DNA of 64,000 nucleotides. Origin: Tubulanus polymorphus (lineage: Eukaryota; Animalia; Nemertea). The notes under the pieces were generated by a model. It did no database searches. It worked only from the letters and a program-made list of their open reading frames with translations, and had not been told where the DNA came from. Below, piece after piece: positions 23,371-37,660 of the stretch (the first letter of the stretch is position 1; every line of letters begins with the position of its first letter). Position numbers and translations under genes: made by a program. The stretch is from NCBI RefSeq assembly GCF_964204645.1, contig NC_134034.1:2294072-2358071 (forward strand), written 5' to 3'.

Positions 23371-25739
23371 TATGGGGAGGATCTTCGATTGCGCATTTAG
23401 CGCTTGGGTCATCATTGAAACTGAAGCGTGAGACCACCACATACTGCCTACGTATATACTATATCTGGTGGATGATCGCAACATTAGAATTCGTGTTGCG
23501 TCAATTGAAACAAAAACGAGATAAAAGAATATCTATATTCAAATTAATGAACTTTCATGGAATCGCGAATGACGGTTTCAGCACTTGCATCGTAGCCCTA
23601 GACCCAGTTCCCTAGTCACGGTTTAGGCAATCTTATACCTATCAGTCTAACAACTTATGGCCAGTGTTTCGATTAAAGACCTCTTTAGACTTAAGTCTGG
23701 GCTATTCGCTGGTCCCTGCAGTGTAGTCGTATCATAGAAAACGACGCCGTATGTCCGCGACATATTAAGATAGAAGGCCGCAGGGACACGTAGACGTGAT
23801 ATCAAATAAATCCTCCTGGAATCTAAGTAATCTCGGAGTAATCCCAAAGTAATCTCTTGCGATCGATACGGATATGTTTATATGTATCCAAAAAACTGGT
23901 GACCTTGACCTTGATTAGCTAGGCTGCACGCAGACGAATTGCCGGTTCGGTTTTCGGATTTCAGCGCGCACCCAGAAGATTATTGATCGTTTGAATATTA
24001 TATTCATTCATATATATTTCAAGGGTGAAGCAAAAACGTGTTTGAAAGTCGTCAGTGTTCGGTCACAGTTCGTATCGATGTTGATATTCTTCAGACCGAG
24101 TTCATCGTAGATGATAGATCAGTTGCGTTTAAACACAGGGAAGTCACTCAGAATCATCGGTTCAAATGTCGTTTCCTAATCAATCGTAGCCGCGTGAACA
24201 AACCATGTTTTTGGCAGAATGCTGTATAATCGGTTACGATGAATCGTCCATACAAAATATATATATGTAGCGTGATATCACACGTGAAGGCCTACCCCGT
24301 AAGGGTAGCTCCGATAATATACAATTCGCGATATATATTCGGAGCCATTCCGGCCCGTACGGTGAGTGATTGCGTTTCGGGGCTGTCTCGTTTTTACGTC
24401 GCTGTTAGTGAGAAACCTTTCGTTTATGATTCCTCATATTATGCTCGCGATCGAAGAAGTATTTTCCGTCTTAAAAAATCGCACGGACGATTTTAGATTA
24501 TTATTCGTGCTACGAGCGAGGATGGTCCTCGTTTTTTTAAGTATTTACTCTCGTTTGAGACGTTTGAGGGTAAACACAAGATGAATTCCGCTTCTGACTC
24601 AGGAGTAGCGGAGACGCACAGATCTCTCTCGAGACGCGCGCAGACTGTGGGGGAAAAATGTTCGGCACTCGACGTAGCTGTTATTCGTATAAATACTTGT
24701 AACTGTTTTTTATTACGTAAGAGAAATTGAGGAGACAAAGAGAGGACTTTGAGATGTGAACGGTAGGGAGCAGGTAGAGGTGAAACAGTTGGAGAGGAGA
24801 GAGAGGGAGAGGGGTGATGGAGAGATGAGGGAGGGTGAGAAGAGAAATCGAGCGTACTGCGTACGAAGTGGATGGGGCAGAGGGGCGATGCAGGGGGAGG
24901 AAAAAGAAAGGGATGAGAGGGAGAGGGAGTGTCGACGGGGAGTGTGATAAAGAAAAAAAATGGTCGAAGGAGAGAGAGAAAGAAGAGATGGGGGAAAAGT
25001 GATTGACAGAGTTGGGGGGGGGGTAATGGTGTGGGCATTATGAGGCGAGTCAGGTAATGAACGAACGAGGAAGTAGGGTAGCGGATGTACAACAATGATT
25101 TCATCAAATAAAATGAAATACGATGAATCACGTGACATTTATTAGAATATCAGGAGAACATTTTACCGCGACGATATTACTGTCACGCGAAGTAAGAAGT
25201 TCGCGTCGGCGGCGTTCAATTCCAGCGAACAGGAAGTTTCAATCTCGGCGCTGAAAGAAAGGGCTGACGTTGACGTGAGCAGAATGCACCGGCTTATTAG
25301 CTTATTAATACATTAAACACGATTAAAACTAACAGTCAATTCGAGACGAGGCGGTAATAGCCTCTTACGGGGTTTTATGGATGTTAGCAATTTTAATTCC
25401 ATCTCGCGTAAACCAGTTGACATGACGCGTCGAGGAGTCGACTTGTTGATTTACTTTCTGCGCCGCGAAGAAGTGGAGCTATCTCGATTTACCGGCGGTT
25501 TTATATAGACGCCCCGCGCCCCTCCAGCCCTCCGCCCCTTCTCGCTGGACAGGCGGGCTATATCCGTTACTCGTAAGACGCAAATATTTGATCTAAAGCG
25601 AAATCAAACCTTGAGGTGTTTATTGTAATTAACCGTGAGTGATAAATGGTTTGTAGAGCGAAGGAATTCGCAGAGTGCGAAACTCAGCCGTCTCAATAAC
25701 CCGAACCCCGCAACTGTTTATCGGATACAGTCTTATGAT

Positions 25740-26270
25740 TTGTGATCGTCCGTTTGTTCAGTGCTTCATCTGCGGCATTTTTAATCGAAAATAAACTAAA
25801 AACACCAGACATTAGACATTTTATCGGCGAACTTTCAGAAACTGATCGTCCATTCCGCTCGTGTTCAGTGCTTCACCTGAGACATTTCTTATTTAAAATG
25901 AACTACAAACACCAGACATAAGACATATGTCAGCACACTTTCAAAAAAAGATCGCTCACACACTTCGCACGTGTTCACTGCTTCACCTGAGACATTTTCA
26001 ATTGCAAATGAACTAAAAACACCAGACAGTAGATCGATATTTCATCAGCACACTTACAAATACTGATTGCCCATTCTTCAAATATATTCAGTGCTTCACC
26101 TGAGACATTTCTAATTGAAAATGAACTACAAACACCAGACAATAAACACTTTATCAACGTACGCACTTCCAAAAACTGATCGTCAACACCTTTCCATGGT
26201 GTTCAGTACTTCAACTGAGACATTTTTGATTAAAAAAGAACTGAGTCGCTACAAATACGTACCAGACATT
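25740..26270 (+). repeat. 109-bp tandem repeat family array
   Basis: Unit ...AACTGATCGTCCACACTTCACATGTGTTCAGTGCTTCACCTGAGACATTT...AAATGAACTACAAACACCAGACATTAGACATTTTATCAGCACAC. Also at 31170-31415, 41940-42260, 43340-43610 and 46060-46610(-); period 109 at 46182/46291/46400. Confidence 0.88.
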
Positions 26271-26483
26271 AAAAACCTATCATATCTATCACAGGAGAGA
26301 CCATGCAGTATGATGCGTGATAGACCGATAGACTGGCTGTCAAAACCTATTATATGGCCGTTGAAAGATCGTTCATCGGGTTGGAAGGAACCGATGAACC
26401 AATGAACAGAATCCTCTCCGAGTTCAAATAAATCGACTACCTTGAATGCGTTTATTTCGGGATTATAGTACGGAGGCGGAGGT

Positions 26484-26658
26484 GGAGGGGAGGGAGAGGG
26501 AGAGGGAGAGGGAGAGGGAGAGGGAGAGGGAGAGGGAGAGGGAGAGGGAGAGGGAGAGGGAGAGGGAGAGGGAGAGGGAGAGGGAGAGGGAGAGGGAGAG
26601 GGAGAGGGAGAGGGAGAGGGAGAGGGAGAGGGAGAGGGAGAGGGAGAGGGAGAGGGAG
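26484..26658 (+). repeat. (GGGAGA)n microsatellite
   Basis: Read directly from the sequence. Confidence 0.97.
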
Positions 26659-27211
26659 CTCTTCTGAAACTGTATAGATACCGATATAGCGAGAGCAGCT
26701 TCCCCGGTTCAGCGCACTTACAATCTATACAGAATCTAATAAAGCCCCGTTTCCGAGTACTCTCCTCAGAAACTGTAAATTCTCGAGCTGAAGAGAATCG
26801 ACTATCAGCCGTCTCTCTCTCTCTCTCAATCGGCCTGTATCTGTAACCGGGTTCGTTCAGTTATGTTTAATTTAATTCCAATGTATTTACTTAGATGTCT
26901 CCGCGTAGAAAGCCGATGTGACTGGCCAAGAATCCAGATCGGTTCGATCCCATTCTAGACTGGAACCAAATAAGCTCATTCCCGATGAATTTACTCTATA
27001 AACCAAGATATTAACTTCGAACTGCAGGCTCCGTTATTGATAAGCCGACAAAAATGCATTTTGCCGATCCACAGAACGACTTACAGTACGTATCATTATT
27101 CGCAGAAAACGTCGTTTTAATACCACTGTTGGGACCGATGCAAAACATGGAGCGTAAAAACGAATTCGGCAGCATCACAAAGAATGCCAATTTCCTTCGA
27201 AGTTGCGTTAA

Positions 27212-27499
27212 CCCTTTCAGTGCGTCTACACCGCGGTGCGGTGTATAAATCAGTGATGGATTTTGCTAGTACACCGCACTGCGGTGTATTGATGTAATTA
27301 GTAATTTGTAATTATCTCTATTGAAAAATGGCAGCAAGTGTCAAACATAGTGAAATACTAGTAACTAACGATACACCGCACTGCGGTGTAGACGCACTAT
27401 AGTGGTATTCCCATTGTTCAACACACTAGGGTGGAATTGTTTAGAATTTTCAAATTTTCTCCAGCACTATAGGGTATTAATTAGTCAGCACTGAAAGGG
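27212..27499. mobile_element. piggyBac-type non-autonomous element (MITE)
   Basis: TTAA|CCCTTTCAGTGC ... GCACTGAAAGGG|TTAA. Second copy at 55367-55654; fragments at ~57195-57355 and ~61170-61255. Confidence 0.85.
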
Positions 27500-29254
27500 T
27501 TAAATTGGGCAAATTGGTTCTCGAAATCATGTCGGCGTTATATTGGCGAGCAATGGAATTATAAAAAGGATGGCGTTGACTTTGGTTGTAAATATGTAAA
27601 AATTGAATGAAAAACCGTCGCTGAAACGGCAATCCCTCTAATCTAAGTTATCTAGAGCTTCGCAGCTTCGGACTGCACTTGTATATGTGGACATTTTACA
27701 GAAACCAAGCCTGTATACAAGTAAAATTCAAGACTCAAGACGTGGTGGCCGGTATATATGTGTTGGTCCGTTTACCAGAAACAGAAATGTAGAGATTCGT
27801 GGAATGCGGGTAGTGTGCATGTATGGATGTCTTACAGAAATCAATCTTGATCCTATATATAGCAGTAATTAAGCATCTAGCAGTAATCTAAGGGATTCGT
27901 GGATTTGGGCAGTATTTCTTAAAGAACCCAAGCTTGTAGAGTATTAAGGATCAAAGAACTAATTAATGAGATTCGGTAATGGGGCCACAGTATCGGGTCT
28001 TTGTTGACGTCTGAAAGAATCTATAACATCTAAGATTTAGAGAATGTTGAAAGTCTGTGTCAGTGTCGAGGTATAATTGAGCCCGAGTTTACGGAGCAGT
28101 ATTTATGAGTCCCGCGTGGATGCGGGCAATGTGTGATTGTGTAATGGGGGTATTGTGTACGGAATCCACGGGCGGGTCCAGAAAGGAACACAAGGAGCGC
28201 ACGTGCTCCCGTCGCGATTTTCCGCGCCCTTTTGAAAATACAATGGCAACTTTTTACAGGGCAATTTGTCAACCCGCAACTGATGACACGGCATGCAGTA
28301 TAAGCTTTAGCTTACATTATCATAAATGTTCCCAAGGAGTGCCTGGAAATTGTATGAAAATGCACTGAAATTTTAAAAATAATTCCAGACCCGTATTTTG
28401 GTGGTGGGGACCTGCCCTTGTTCAGTGCATGCGCGCCCTTCCATTTCTGTGAGCTCTCCAGTCAAAGTCTGCCCTGGATCCGCCCCTGGAACCCGAGCTT
28501 TCAGAGCAGCAGTATTTAGAAGATTTAGCAGATTCTGCCGATGCGGGCAGTGCGTGCGTATTGCTCGAGGTTACACAACGAGTAGAACCACCTGTGAGTT
28601 CACTCATGCATAACCAATACTGAAATACTGATATTATACATAAATATAGACAAGCGGTATACACACGTGTTAGTATATATACCGGTCTAGCTGCGTGTAG
28701 GCTCAACGCGTAGAGTTAACATCAAATCGTAGTTTAACACGAAATGCAGGCATTCGAAATTGATTTTAACTGGTAGAATTATAGACTAGACATGCCATGT
28801 CACTCGCTGGTGATTTCGTATCGATGGCGCGCGGAGACCCTAGCTCGCACAGACATACGCTTCTAGGCTCTCGTTTCGGCGAAAACCGTACCCCTATCCG
28901 CCGTTCTCTTATAAACCCTACGATTGATTGGCGCTCAGAAAAAGATTGAATCGCCGTTTTGATATTTGATATTCTTGAAGTTTGTCTCGTAGCAACCTCG
29001 CAGCGATGTGTGCAAATAATAGACGACGCTACGGATTTCCTATTGCGGCGCTAACTCCGAACGACTGAGTATACGCGAGTAGTCGGTTCTGCATCACTGA
29101 AAATGAGTTCACTTTCAATGTTCGGCTTCGAACTTGATTTTCAAACTCGCGAATCAAAATGTATATCAACAACGAACGTCGATTAAAAACATATGATTCA
29201 CTTGTGTTCAACTGGATGTTTGTCATAGTTTGTATCTGATTAGTACGATCTACT

Positions 29255-29700
29255 ATTGCAACGATAGTTGATGTCCGACTGCACACTAGCGACACCTGGT
29301 GGATCCTAACTTGCCACAAGTGGAATCATCTACTGTCGCAATAGTTGATGTTCTGTCACGCACTATAGCGAAACCTGGTGAATTCCTAGCCAAAAATCCG
29401 ATCTACTAATTGCCACAGTAGTTGATGTCCTACTGAACACTAGCGACGCCTGGAGGATCTTCACTTGTCACAAGTGGGATCCGCTATTGTCACAGTTGAT
29501 GTCCTACTGCACTCTAGCGACACCTGGTTGATCCTTACTTGCTACAAGTAGAATCCTCTATTGCCACAGTAGTTGATGTCGTACTGCACACTAGCGACGC
29601 CTGGAGGATCTTCACTTGTCACAAGTGGGATCCGCTATTGTCACAGTTGATGTCCTACTGCACTCTAGCGACACCTAGTGGATTCTCACCTATCACAAGG
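29255..29700 (+). repeat. 77-bp tandem repeat family array
   Basis: Same unit as the 3755 array, ~6 copies. Confidence 0.88.
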
Positions 29701-32700
29701 GTAATCTGATATGCAAGCTTCATATCCTCGATTTCCACAGTCGAGGATCTGCGACGTCGCCGTCTCGTCTGCGGCGCCGCGTGATGATAGTTGTTTAAGC
29801 GCAGACGACCGATGAAACCGCCATTAAATTGAGCGATGATAAATCGACGACGCGCGATGTTTCGTGAGAATTTTAAAATCGAAAAGTACGAATCGCGACT
29901 TCATTCGTCATTTACAAGATCATCACGCGTGTAGAGGATTCTGAATTAAAATCGAATATAGAATGATTTATCAAATCGCGCGGCTGTCAACAAAACACGC
30001 AGCGTCGGAGAGTGGGATGGGAAGGGAAGGCTCGCCTACCGCGTTTCTAAGATGGCTAAATAACGATTTTTGATGACGCCGTAAAAACCGTTAGAATAAT
30101 GTTTATACATTGATACCTAGTATATATATATATACGTTATTCAAGGAGTTCTGTGCGAGTCGTTGTGCATTACGTCATCGATATTGCCGTTTCTCAGATA
30201 ATCCCGTTTCAAAAATACCGTAAAAACTGAAATTGTGAATATTGACGTTTATTTTGTAATCAAATATATCTCATAGCTCTTACTTAATTTTTTATAAATT
30301 TTTTGGTAATTTTTGAAAAAAAAATTGGCTGTGCACTTCGTCGTGAAAATATCGGAGCTAGACTGGTTGCCGGTCAATTCAATTCAATTATCGATATTAT
30401 ATTAAATCAAAAATAACTTAATCCTTTATATTATATAATAAATTATTTCATTTATTGTCGGTAACACTAAGCGGTATGTTTTGATTTTTAAGCGTTAAGT
30501 TAGTTTTCTCATTCATTGGTCTCTTTAGTATGACTGTATTGCAAAGAGGCGGATCCCAAAGATCTGAAGGTTGGGGTCCAGAAGTTAAAGAACCTCGCGA
30601 GTAGCAGAACTTCCAAGGCCACGGGGAATACGAGATTTTTGAAAATCTCATCTAATCTAGAAAATCTAATCTAGAAAAAGTGTCGTCATTTTTGCAGATT
30701 GGCGATCACCGTTTCGATACAAACGACAACCTTATTGGGTAGGGTTCCAGCGCCGAAATGAGGATACAATGTTGAGAAGAAAATGAACCGATATTTTTTC
30801 AAGAAATTGAAGTTTCTCAAGATCCGCGAGTGGACTTGCATTCCCACACACACACACGCGCCTGATCCACCGTGATTCAGATATAAAATACGTATCTACA
30901 CGAATAACGCGAATCAAGGCGAAGCACTTGAAGAACATCTCGTATAAGAGACATAGACGGGGAGAGGGAGAGAGAGATAGGAGAGTGCAGACGACTTGTG
31001 GTTTATATCACTATATAACGGAATATTGCCTACAGTTTGACAGGTTTATCGATCGGATGAAATAATATCGATAACTAACGACATCGTCTGCGCGGCGTTT
31101 TAAGTCACCGATAAAAACCGTTGTAACGGAATTATGTTAAGAAACATATTTACAGCTGAATTAAAGGCCTGTTTATGCTCTTACTCGCTCACAATTCACC
31201 AGGTTTTTGGAGAATACTTCACCCGAGATATTTTCAACTGAAAATTAACTAGCGTACTACACACACACCAGACATTTTATTAGTACACTTTCATAAAGTG
31301 ATTATCCACAATTCACCGTATGTGTTCGGTGCATCACCGGATACAATTTTCATTGAAAATGCACGACGAACACCGGATTAGATATTTTTATCAGCACTTT
31401 TTCAAAAACTGATCTGATTGTCTGAAGGGATGGTTGCAAGCCGCAGATGGCATTTTCAGCCGAGTGAAATCCTTTCAAATATGGTCGGCCGTTACGCGAA
31501 TATACAGAAAAATCTTAATATATGTATATATGTACTATATCTTCCTCATTACTGTTGTGAGTCAGGGAGAAGGGCTGCACTCAAAATAGAATCTCTCAAT
31601 CGCGAGCCACGAGTATTTCTCAAAACAAACATCGTTTGAGTGAGGGGGGAGAGGGGAGAGAGATAAAAGAGTGAATCATGGTTTATAGTTAGGTAGTTCT
31701 CAGTAATCACAGGGAATATAACCAGGATGTTTCTATTCATGAGTCTAGATCAGAGGCCGGATTCGAGGACTTGTTTTAAATTAAAACCTGGGGCCAGCTG
31801 CACAGTCGTGACTTAAGTCCAAAAGTGGTCTTAGATCTTGTTAGATTGGCTATAGAACTAAGTTGGTCTTAGACTGGTCTTAAGTCTAAGCCATGACTAT
31901 GCAACCGGCCCCTGGGGCTGATATCGTGGAGTCGTTTGGGCTTGGTTTTATAGACAATTTTTGAAACTTGGGCCTAATTTCATAAACCAGTTTAACTTTT
32001 ACCCTGCAGGGGCTGGCTTTATAGACCGGTCTTAACTTAAGCCATTCTTGGGCTGGCTCTAAAGGCCAGTCGCAGGAGCTGCATGGTTTTACAGATCAAT
32101 CTTAACTTTGACCTTGCATGGACTGGTTTTACATACCAACCTTAACTTAAAACCTGCAGGGGCCTGTTAACTTAAACCCTGAGCTTATGTTGATAACTGT
32201 GTTTGATTCAGAGAGGAACATTTTAAAATGAACGTCAATTTTATCGCACTCAAGAAGAGTTAACTGTAACTCACGACACTGTAGAAGCGGGCCTGACTGA
32301 TGTTGTCGGTAAAGAATGAGTTCATATCAAATAAAAAGCCAGTGTCGAATTATAACCGAAAATTTGCTCGGCTGTAATCAACGACGATACGCCATTTATT
32401 CATTATCTCGTCGCGGCAAATAAAACCTCATAGGGGAACGCAAAAAACCGTGATTGATATAGACAAAAAAAGAGATCGCTGACACACAGACAGTATACGC
32501 CATCCATAATCAAACTGACACAGTTCTGTGTATAGCGATAATTAGTTCGCCAGAATATTAATCGGAATTCCAGTGTTCGAGGAACCCGCAGTGAATGTCA
32601 TCAAAAATACAATTGAATAAAAGCGCTCTGATTCTGGTGACAGTTCTGAAGCAATCAAAGGCTTCACTCAACACGTGTTACTCGTAAATCGGTCGTGTGA

Positions 32701-32736
32701 ACGTATCGCCTGTATCAATCGGCGAGTCTGTTCGTA

Positions 32737-32980
32737 AGCCGCGATCACACGGAGACGATTCGGCCCGGGCTGAAGTGGCACGTATCGGGTCAATTTTGAC
32801 CCTCGCCTAATTAGAGAGCGCGTTCACGCTTAAACCAATCACTCACTCGATACTAAACAAAACAATTTCCAGAACCAGAATCGTATGTCCCGCGCTTAAA
32901 TTTGGCTCCGGCCTGGTGCGACGTTTTTGGTCGGGCCAAAAAATTTGGCACAGGCCAAAAACGCTCGCGTAATCGCGGCT
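32737..32980. mobile_element. MITE with imperfect TIRs
   Basis: AGCCGCGATCACACG ... CGCGTAATCGCGGCT. Confidence 0.5.
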
Positions 32981-34842
32981 ATATATAGACCAAGTTAGGA
33001 ATGATAATAAAGTGTGTCACTATTCTTTCTTCATCGGTGATTTCACTACGAGTTAAACATATCGTGCCTTCATTCTTGAACAGATTTATCAATTTACGTA
33101 ATTCCGTCCGTTTGACATTCTTTTCAGGACATCCTACGTGTATATGCATTCAGTATTTTTGCCCTTATAACTTGTTGCCAATGGAAATTATGTCACAAAT
33201 AGATTTATATGCATAGAGCTTTTTTCCCATTTGAATCTTTTATAAACAACAATTTAAGCCTTCTAATATCTTCCGCATTATGTTCGAATATCTCATATTT
33301 TGTATATCTTTTTATGAAATATTGCGATATTTATTGCGGAAATTAATTCCATGTATGATTATCATCATAATCTATATATAGGGAATTCGTATCAGCGTTG
33401 ATATAATTTTAGTGCCTGCTTTTATTGACCATTTTCAGCTCGAACCCAAGAGGCTGATTTTACAGATTATCACTTTTTAAACCCGAGGACCGTTTTTATA
33501 GATCGGCTAACTTGAAATCGTCCGCGGCCTGTGCTTCAGTTTTGAATTCTAACACCGACGAACCAGTTTCAACGTTTCAAACCGAACAAACCCGATTTTA
33601 TGGGACAGTTTCAGGTGGGCGCCGAATACAATCCCTCGGGTGACGTTGTCTTTCTGACGTAACTCGGCAGACGATCTCTGAATACGCGCAAAGAACCACG
33701 GCGAAAGGAGAGTATCAGTCTTTTGTTCCGCGCGCACTATGGGCGTGGTGCCGATACAAACCAGTACCGATATGTACATATATATATATATATAGCACAA
33801 AAAACATTTGTAGATTGTGTTCCTGCTGCGCGCGCCGCGTGTGACTTCAAACAATTGATTTAGAGTTGAAGTAATTTAGATATTTTACGATTTATTAGAA
33901 AATCGATACTCATTTGTGGCGTTGTGCGATAAACCAAAACGCGCATTTGCGCGAAATGGAATTGAATGTCTCGTCGGATCTATGCGTCGTCTAACTCGTT
34001 TTGGATATCATCGTGAACGCCTACATATCCACCCCTTACCCATCGTTGTCCTGCCCCTAGACCCCCGCATTCATTATGTGCCTATATTCCTAACTTCTGC
34101 GATCCCTTCCGAAATTCCTTTTTCTTGACCGTCAATACCACTCGCATCGCTCTATCCCATTTCCCTCGAAATAACAATACATGGAGTTATACTGTAATTG
34201 ATTAAATTTCATGATTCTAATTTTTCCATTCAACAAATTTTCATGCATTTTTTTTATGAATTAGAATATTGCGTGAGTCTATGCGCACTACGTCATCAAT
34301 ATTGAGGCCAGACTGGTTGCCGGTCAATTCAAATTCAATTCAACGCATTCAAACTAGACTTGGCTCGGTTATGTCATCTACGTCACAATCATTGTCGACA
34401 ATATTAAACAATATACGTTATTTTTTTTTGAGGCGTTTCAAGTTATAGTTTTCTTGTTTATCTCATAGCGGACAATCGATCGTCGCCTATAATAACCACA
34501 ACAGCCGAGCTATCGATCGATTCATTGTCTCAATTACGTTTCTATAGCGTTAGAGAATTGTACACGTGAAGCTGGTGACGTTTACCGACTGTAAAAACTG
34601 TCGTCTCGTCTGTCGGTGTCTGTCTGTCTGTCGGTGTGTGTGCGTGTGTGTGGATGCATTGATGATAGCTTCGACAATCGAAGCGCTTACAAAAATCAAG
34701 ATAACGACGATGAATGAACGGATGTAAAGTAAATGAAAACTCATTTCCGACAAAGCGAGCGTTCGCGCGCGCTGTTTTTTGAAGTTTGCCGTCAAAAGTG
34801 CGTCGACTCTTTTAATGGCAGTTACTTTACTTAAAAACAGGG

Positions 34843-35097
34843 GACTCTCTCCCGCCCCGTAACTCCCTCTCTCCCGCCCCGTTACTCTCTCTCTCCTCGC
34901 CCCGTTACTCCCTCTCCTCGCCCCGTTACTCCCTCTCCTCGCCCCGTTACTCCCTCTCTCCTCGCCCCGTCGTTACTCACTCTCCCTACCAGGTCTGTCT
35001 CCCACCCGTTACTCCCTCTTTCCCGCCCCGTTACTCCCTTCCCCCCGCCCCGTTACTCCCTCTCTCCTCGCCCCGTTACTCCCTTTCTCCCCGCCCT
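34843..35097 (+). repeat. ~23-bp C-rich minisatellite followed by (CT)n
   Basis: Unit CGCCCCGTTACTCCCTCTCTCCT. Confidence 0.9.
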
Positions 35098-35747
35098 CTC
35101 CTTCTCTCTCTCTCTCTCTTTCTCTCTCTCTCCCTCCCTATTCCACCAATCTGAACTCGCTACGAGAAACTTATACAAACAGTTAATACAATCTTAACAA
35201 TACCGCTCTCTTCAGGTGGTTTTTGAGAGGTTGAATTGAGGCCACTCGCGCCCACTCGTAAAAAAAACCAGATACAAAGCGAGCCTTTATTTCTATATTT
35301 CTACCGCGGTATGAAACTCCTATAACCAGGCGTCAATCAATAGACGTGTGTCTTATAACCCCGCTTATCCTCTGTTCGTTTCTACTGATAAGCCCGGTAT
35401 ATTTGATAAGTTCAAGGGCTTCTTACCAGTCAATCCTATATAGACGCGCGGTGTTTTCTCGGTAAATATTGTTGTTTGTGTAGAAAGTTGTTGCGCGCTG
35501 TTTATTTGCTCGGCGGCGTATCGCGGGCAGCAACTACTTCCCACTGCGGATCAGTCACCAAAAAACTCGGTTAACCCCTTGCTATAAACCGCGTAACCCC
35601 TATCTCACGACTCGATGTGAATACGGTAGGAAAATATAAGGGCTTTTTAGCCCAGAGGCCGCTGTCATGGTCGAGGCTTAAGCCTGATTCCAAAAGTGAT
35701 CTTAAATCTTGAGTTGTTAGATTGGGTATATATAGATCTATCTTCTG

Positions 35748-35884
35748 GGGCCGGTTGCATAGTCATGGCTTAGATTTAAGACTGGTCTAAGACTAACTAA
35801 GTTCTACACTCAATCTTACAACTTTAAGACCAGTCTTAAGATTTAACCACTTTTGGACTTAAGTCACGACTGTGCAACTGGGCC
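35748..35884. mobile_element. Harbinger-like MITE with CTG TSD, nested in an older copy of the same family
   Basis: CTG|GGGCCGGTTGCATAG ... TGTGCAACTGGGCC|CTG. The flanks 35655-35745 and 35888-35940 form a split older copy. Confidence 0.75.
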
Positions 35885-36839
35885 CTGGTCTTCGACTGAT
35901 CTTAAGTCTAAGCATCGGCTATGATATGGAACTGGCCCCAGATCGCCAGACATTTCGATTCATTGTTCATTTGTTATAAGACCCACTACAGCATTTGAAC
36001 GATTGAACGCGACTTTTATTCATTAACAATTAAAATCAAGAGATACACGAAATCGTCGGGGGGGGGGGTGGTTGCACAGTCGCGACGAAGTCCAAAAATG
36101 ATCTTAAATCTTAAATCAGATTGGCCACAGAACTGAATTAGATCTTAAGTCTAAGGTTTGACTATGTTACTAATCCCACAGGTGTGTGACACCTGACAAT
36201 CATGGCTCTGGTGAGAGTTTGAAACGTCGTGTATTCTGATTTAAATTCATGATAAACAAAATTCGATTTTAATCTTTGAAATCCTGGCATGAGGTTTTTT
36301 TTATCATTCTATCTGTTTTCCACGTCTGAGTGCGCGGGCTCTTCTACCATTGGCCGTGATATTTAGGAGTAAAGGAGCATTTCAAAATCATTGAGTCAGC
36401 CAGGCAATGGAACATGTAAATGAAATATGTGAAAGTGCATGTTGGAAATGGCACCTCAGAAAGATAGACTATAGCTACAGGCATGTAAACATATAACATA
36501 TTTATATACATATGAATCAAGCATATGTTTCAGAATCGACGAAGTTCGAATGTATCGATTAAAAACGGTCATTCGTATATGGAAAACCAGGCGACCCGGT
36601 TCCGCCCCACTATATCGAGCCACTTGAAAGTATTCACGATTTTTCGAGGGAAACCACACCGCGACCTGTAATGTTCCGCGATTATAATATACCCGATTAG
36701 AATTCAGTGACTCAAAATATGAACTCGGTTGAAAATATTGGCGAATTCTCCTTACACAAGGAAATTTGAATTTTGAAATTTAACGGCCACTATCTGAATA
36801 TGACGTAAATTCAATGGCCGTGAATACATATAAAAATTA

Positions 36840-36946
36840 GGGGCCGGTTTTATAGACTGGGTTTACCTTTAACCCGGGGGTTAACTGAATTGAAAATGAG
36901 TTAGCCCCTGGGTTAAAGTTAATACCAGTCTATTAAACTAGGCCCA
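36840..36946. mobile_element. Near-palindromic ~107-bp MITE (GGGCCGGTTTTATAGACTGG family)
   Basis: Arms GGGCCGGTTTTATAGACTGGGTTTACCTTTAACCCGGGGGTTAACT / AGTTAGCCCCTGGGTTAAAGTTAATACCAGTCTATTAAACTAGGCCC. Confidence 0.75.
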
Positions 36947-37660
36947 AATGATTAAAGGCCATATGGATATAAGGATTTGATCGAATACGAATTTTGACAA
37001 TGAGATCATTGAAATATCAAACACATAGGCCTATATCCGATTTTAAAAATTTAACGGCCTATAGGCTTACGCATGCATTACGCATTATGCATTTTCAAAT
37101 TTATCGGGCATATATTCAACGGGCATATATATGAATTGCTAGGTTTAACGGCAACAAGAGGTGAAATAAAACGTTTGATTAAAAATGTAACGACCCTAGT
37201 TAGAAACACGATATCACGACGACGACGACGCGGGGCTTTGTGACGATACGCGGTGAAAATAATTTGTGCCGCCGTGTTCATGATAAAAGCCGTTTGAGGA
37301 AGTACTCGAATTGTTGACAGTCATCTGTGTTTGATGTACGTGTATATATAGGAACAAAAAAAAAACCCCGATGAAACATGATACCAATGCCAGCTGAATA
37401 TCGTATCGATACTATTGAAAACAATGGCTAAGCTGTGTCCGTAAACCCCCTATGACGTCACCAAATTGCCTACTAGTGATTTGATCACTTCCAAAAAGAT
37501 GGCTGCTGTAAAAGAAATTTAAAGTGTACAAGACCGACCTCCTTCCAGAGAGGAGCAGGTGGATATTGTCTTCCGGAGGTGGAATACTCTATTGCCGCAG
37601 TAGCTTTGAAAGATCCCCATTTAGACAAAACAGAAACAAAAAAAAATAATCAATACTTAC

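Noticed and set aside
24493-25138. Long minus-strand Pro/Ser/Leu-rich ORFs
   Set aside because: Product of a purine-rich low-complexity tract; no splice or domain support.
26446-26667. (ER)n ORF; likewise (QR)n at 13040 and (IY)n at 40154
   Set aside because: Microsatellite translations.
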